In this document: positions 56,532 to 57,201 of the stretch, in pieces | Numbering within the stretch: position 1 is the stretch's first letter | Layout of the letters: the number at the start of each line of letters is the position of its first letter | NCBI GenBank assembly: GCA_013152375.1 | Contig: JAADGM010000110.1 | Coordinates: 1-57,201 of the forward strand | Length of the DNA stretch: 57,201 bases | Reading direction: 5' to 3' | Source of the DNA: FCB group bacterium | GTDB taxonomy: Bacteria; Fidelibacterota; Marinisomatia; SCGC-AAA003-L08; JACNLC01 | Program-made: the position numbers and the translations under genes | The notes under the pieces: generated by a model | What the model was told of the DNA's origin: nothing | Seen by the model: the letters and a program-made list of their open reading frames with translations, nothing else | Database searches by the model: none

Positions 56532-57201
56532 ATGGGTTGGAGAAAATACATATATCAACAAGATAATTGGCCAAATTTTACTTGGAATATTACTGAATTA
56601 TCGGATCTACTTGCCAAAGTTAGAAATAAGCAAGGACGATTAATTGGAAAAATGGAAGCTTTGGGGTTTGATTTGCAAAACGAAGCTTTTCTTGAGACAT
56701 TAACAACAGATATATTAAAAACAAATGAAATAGAGGGAATTGTTTTAAGTAAAGAAGATGTCAGGTCATCAATTGCCAGGAGGTTGGGGATTGATTTAGG
56801 AGGCTTATCACCTATTAACAGGAATATTGAAGGCATTGTCGATATGATGTTTGATGCTACAAATAACTTTGATAAACCTCTAACTAAAAAAAGATTATTT
56901 GATTGGCATTATGCTCTGTTTCCAATGGGAAGAAGCGGAATGTTTGAAATAGTTGTAGGAAATTGGAGAAAGGATTTAAAAGGACCTATGCAAGTTGTTT
57001 CCGGTGCAATCGGAAAAGAAAAAGTTCATTACGAAGCACCTTCGGCAAAAATCATAGATAAAGAAATGACAGTCTTTTTAAACTGGTTTAATAATCAAAA
57101 AAGTATCGATTTGGTTTTAAAAGCGAGTATAGCTCACTTATGGTTTGTAACACTACATCCCTTTGAGGATGGTAATGGAAGAATAGCAAGGGCTATTGCA
57201 G
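56532..57201 (+). CDS. Fic-family protein with DUF4172-type N-terminus, 3'-truncated by the window edge
   Basis: My own translation (not in the ORF track because there is no stop): MGWRKYIYQQDNWPNFTWN...EIEGIVLSKEDVRSSIARRLG...HLWFVTLHPFEDGNGRIARAIA. This contains the Fic motif HPFxDGNGRxxR. Confidence 0.85.
   Translation, partial: MGWRKYIYQQDNWPNFTWNITELSDLLAKVRNKQGRLIGKMEALGFDLQNEAFLETLTTDILKTNEIEGIVLSKEDVRSSIARRLGIDLGGLSPINRNIEGIVDMMFDATNNFDKPLTKKRLFDWHYALFPMGRSGMFEIVVGNWRKDLKGPMQVVSGAIGKEKVHYEAPSAKIIDKEMTVFLNWFNNQKSIDLVLKASIAHLWFVTLHPFEDGNGRIARAIA

Noticed and set aside
56498-56566. 22-codon Cys-rich ORF (MYICCKYCGEYNGLEKIHISTR) overlapping the Fic start
   Set aside because: It is too short, has no SD, and overlaps the repeat motif. 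It is most likely fortuitous.
1-57201. CRISPR arrays, rRNA genes, prophage or integrase genes, and known defence-system hallmarks (RT, Cas, restriction/methylase, TIR, STAND NTPase)
   Set aside because: No regularly spaced repeats were seen, and none of these signatures appeared in the six-frame track or in the gaps I read. The only mobile-element signature is the Y1 transposase unit.

Overview
This is a 57.2-kb bacterial chromosomal window of mixed GC (lines I counted ranged from about 35% to 63%), with a visibly AT-rich last ~1 kb. It holds about 45 protein-coding genes. I found no rRNA, tRNA or CRISPR array by eye.

Content from left to right:
- A Y1/HUH (IS200-like/RAYT) transposase bracketed by two 70-nt double-hairpin REP-like modules.
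- An orphan DnaE2-like Pol III alpha subunit.
- A salvage run: HAD phosphatase, adenine deaminase, HAD phosphatase, SRAP peptidase, GH13.
- A 20-kb minus-strand block. It carries a muropeptide-salvage set (UMF1-type MFS, NamZ, SSS symporter, NagZ fused to an AmiE-like serine hydrolase), a 1556-aa REC-multiPAS histidine kinase, an ABC / ABC-2 / MurK-like kinase / Alr operon, PolA and a CBS protein.
- A signalling block: SBP-PAS hybrid kinase, nitroreductase, REC-GGDEF, lipid kinase, GNAT.
- A serine-palmitoyltransferase-like / SDR / TetR group, then PilZ and YceH.
- A 1497-aa C25 (gingipain-family) protein with a dockerin tail, followed by a YgbA-like protein.
- A TolC-MFP-RND efflux operon.
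- An ADP-forming acetyl-CoA synthetase with an AAA_26-DRTGG partner.
- A 3'-truncated DUF4172-Fic gene.

Three genes are disrupted. Two carry perfect 8-bp and 7-bp tandem duplications, and removing one copy restores a single long frame in each. The third carries an in-frame TGA.

I did not recognise a clear new multi-gene defence or mobile system. The findings are scored on that basis. All functional calls rest on motif recognition by eye, not on database searches.
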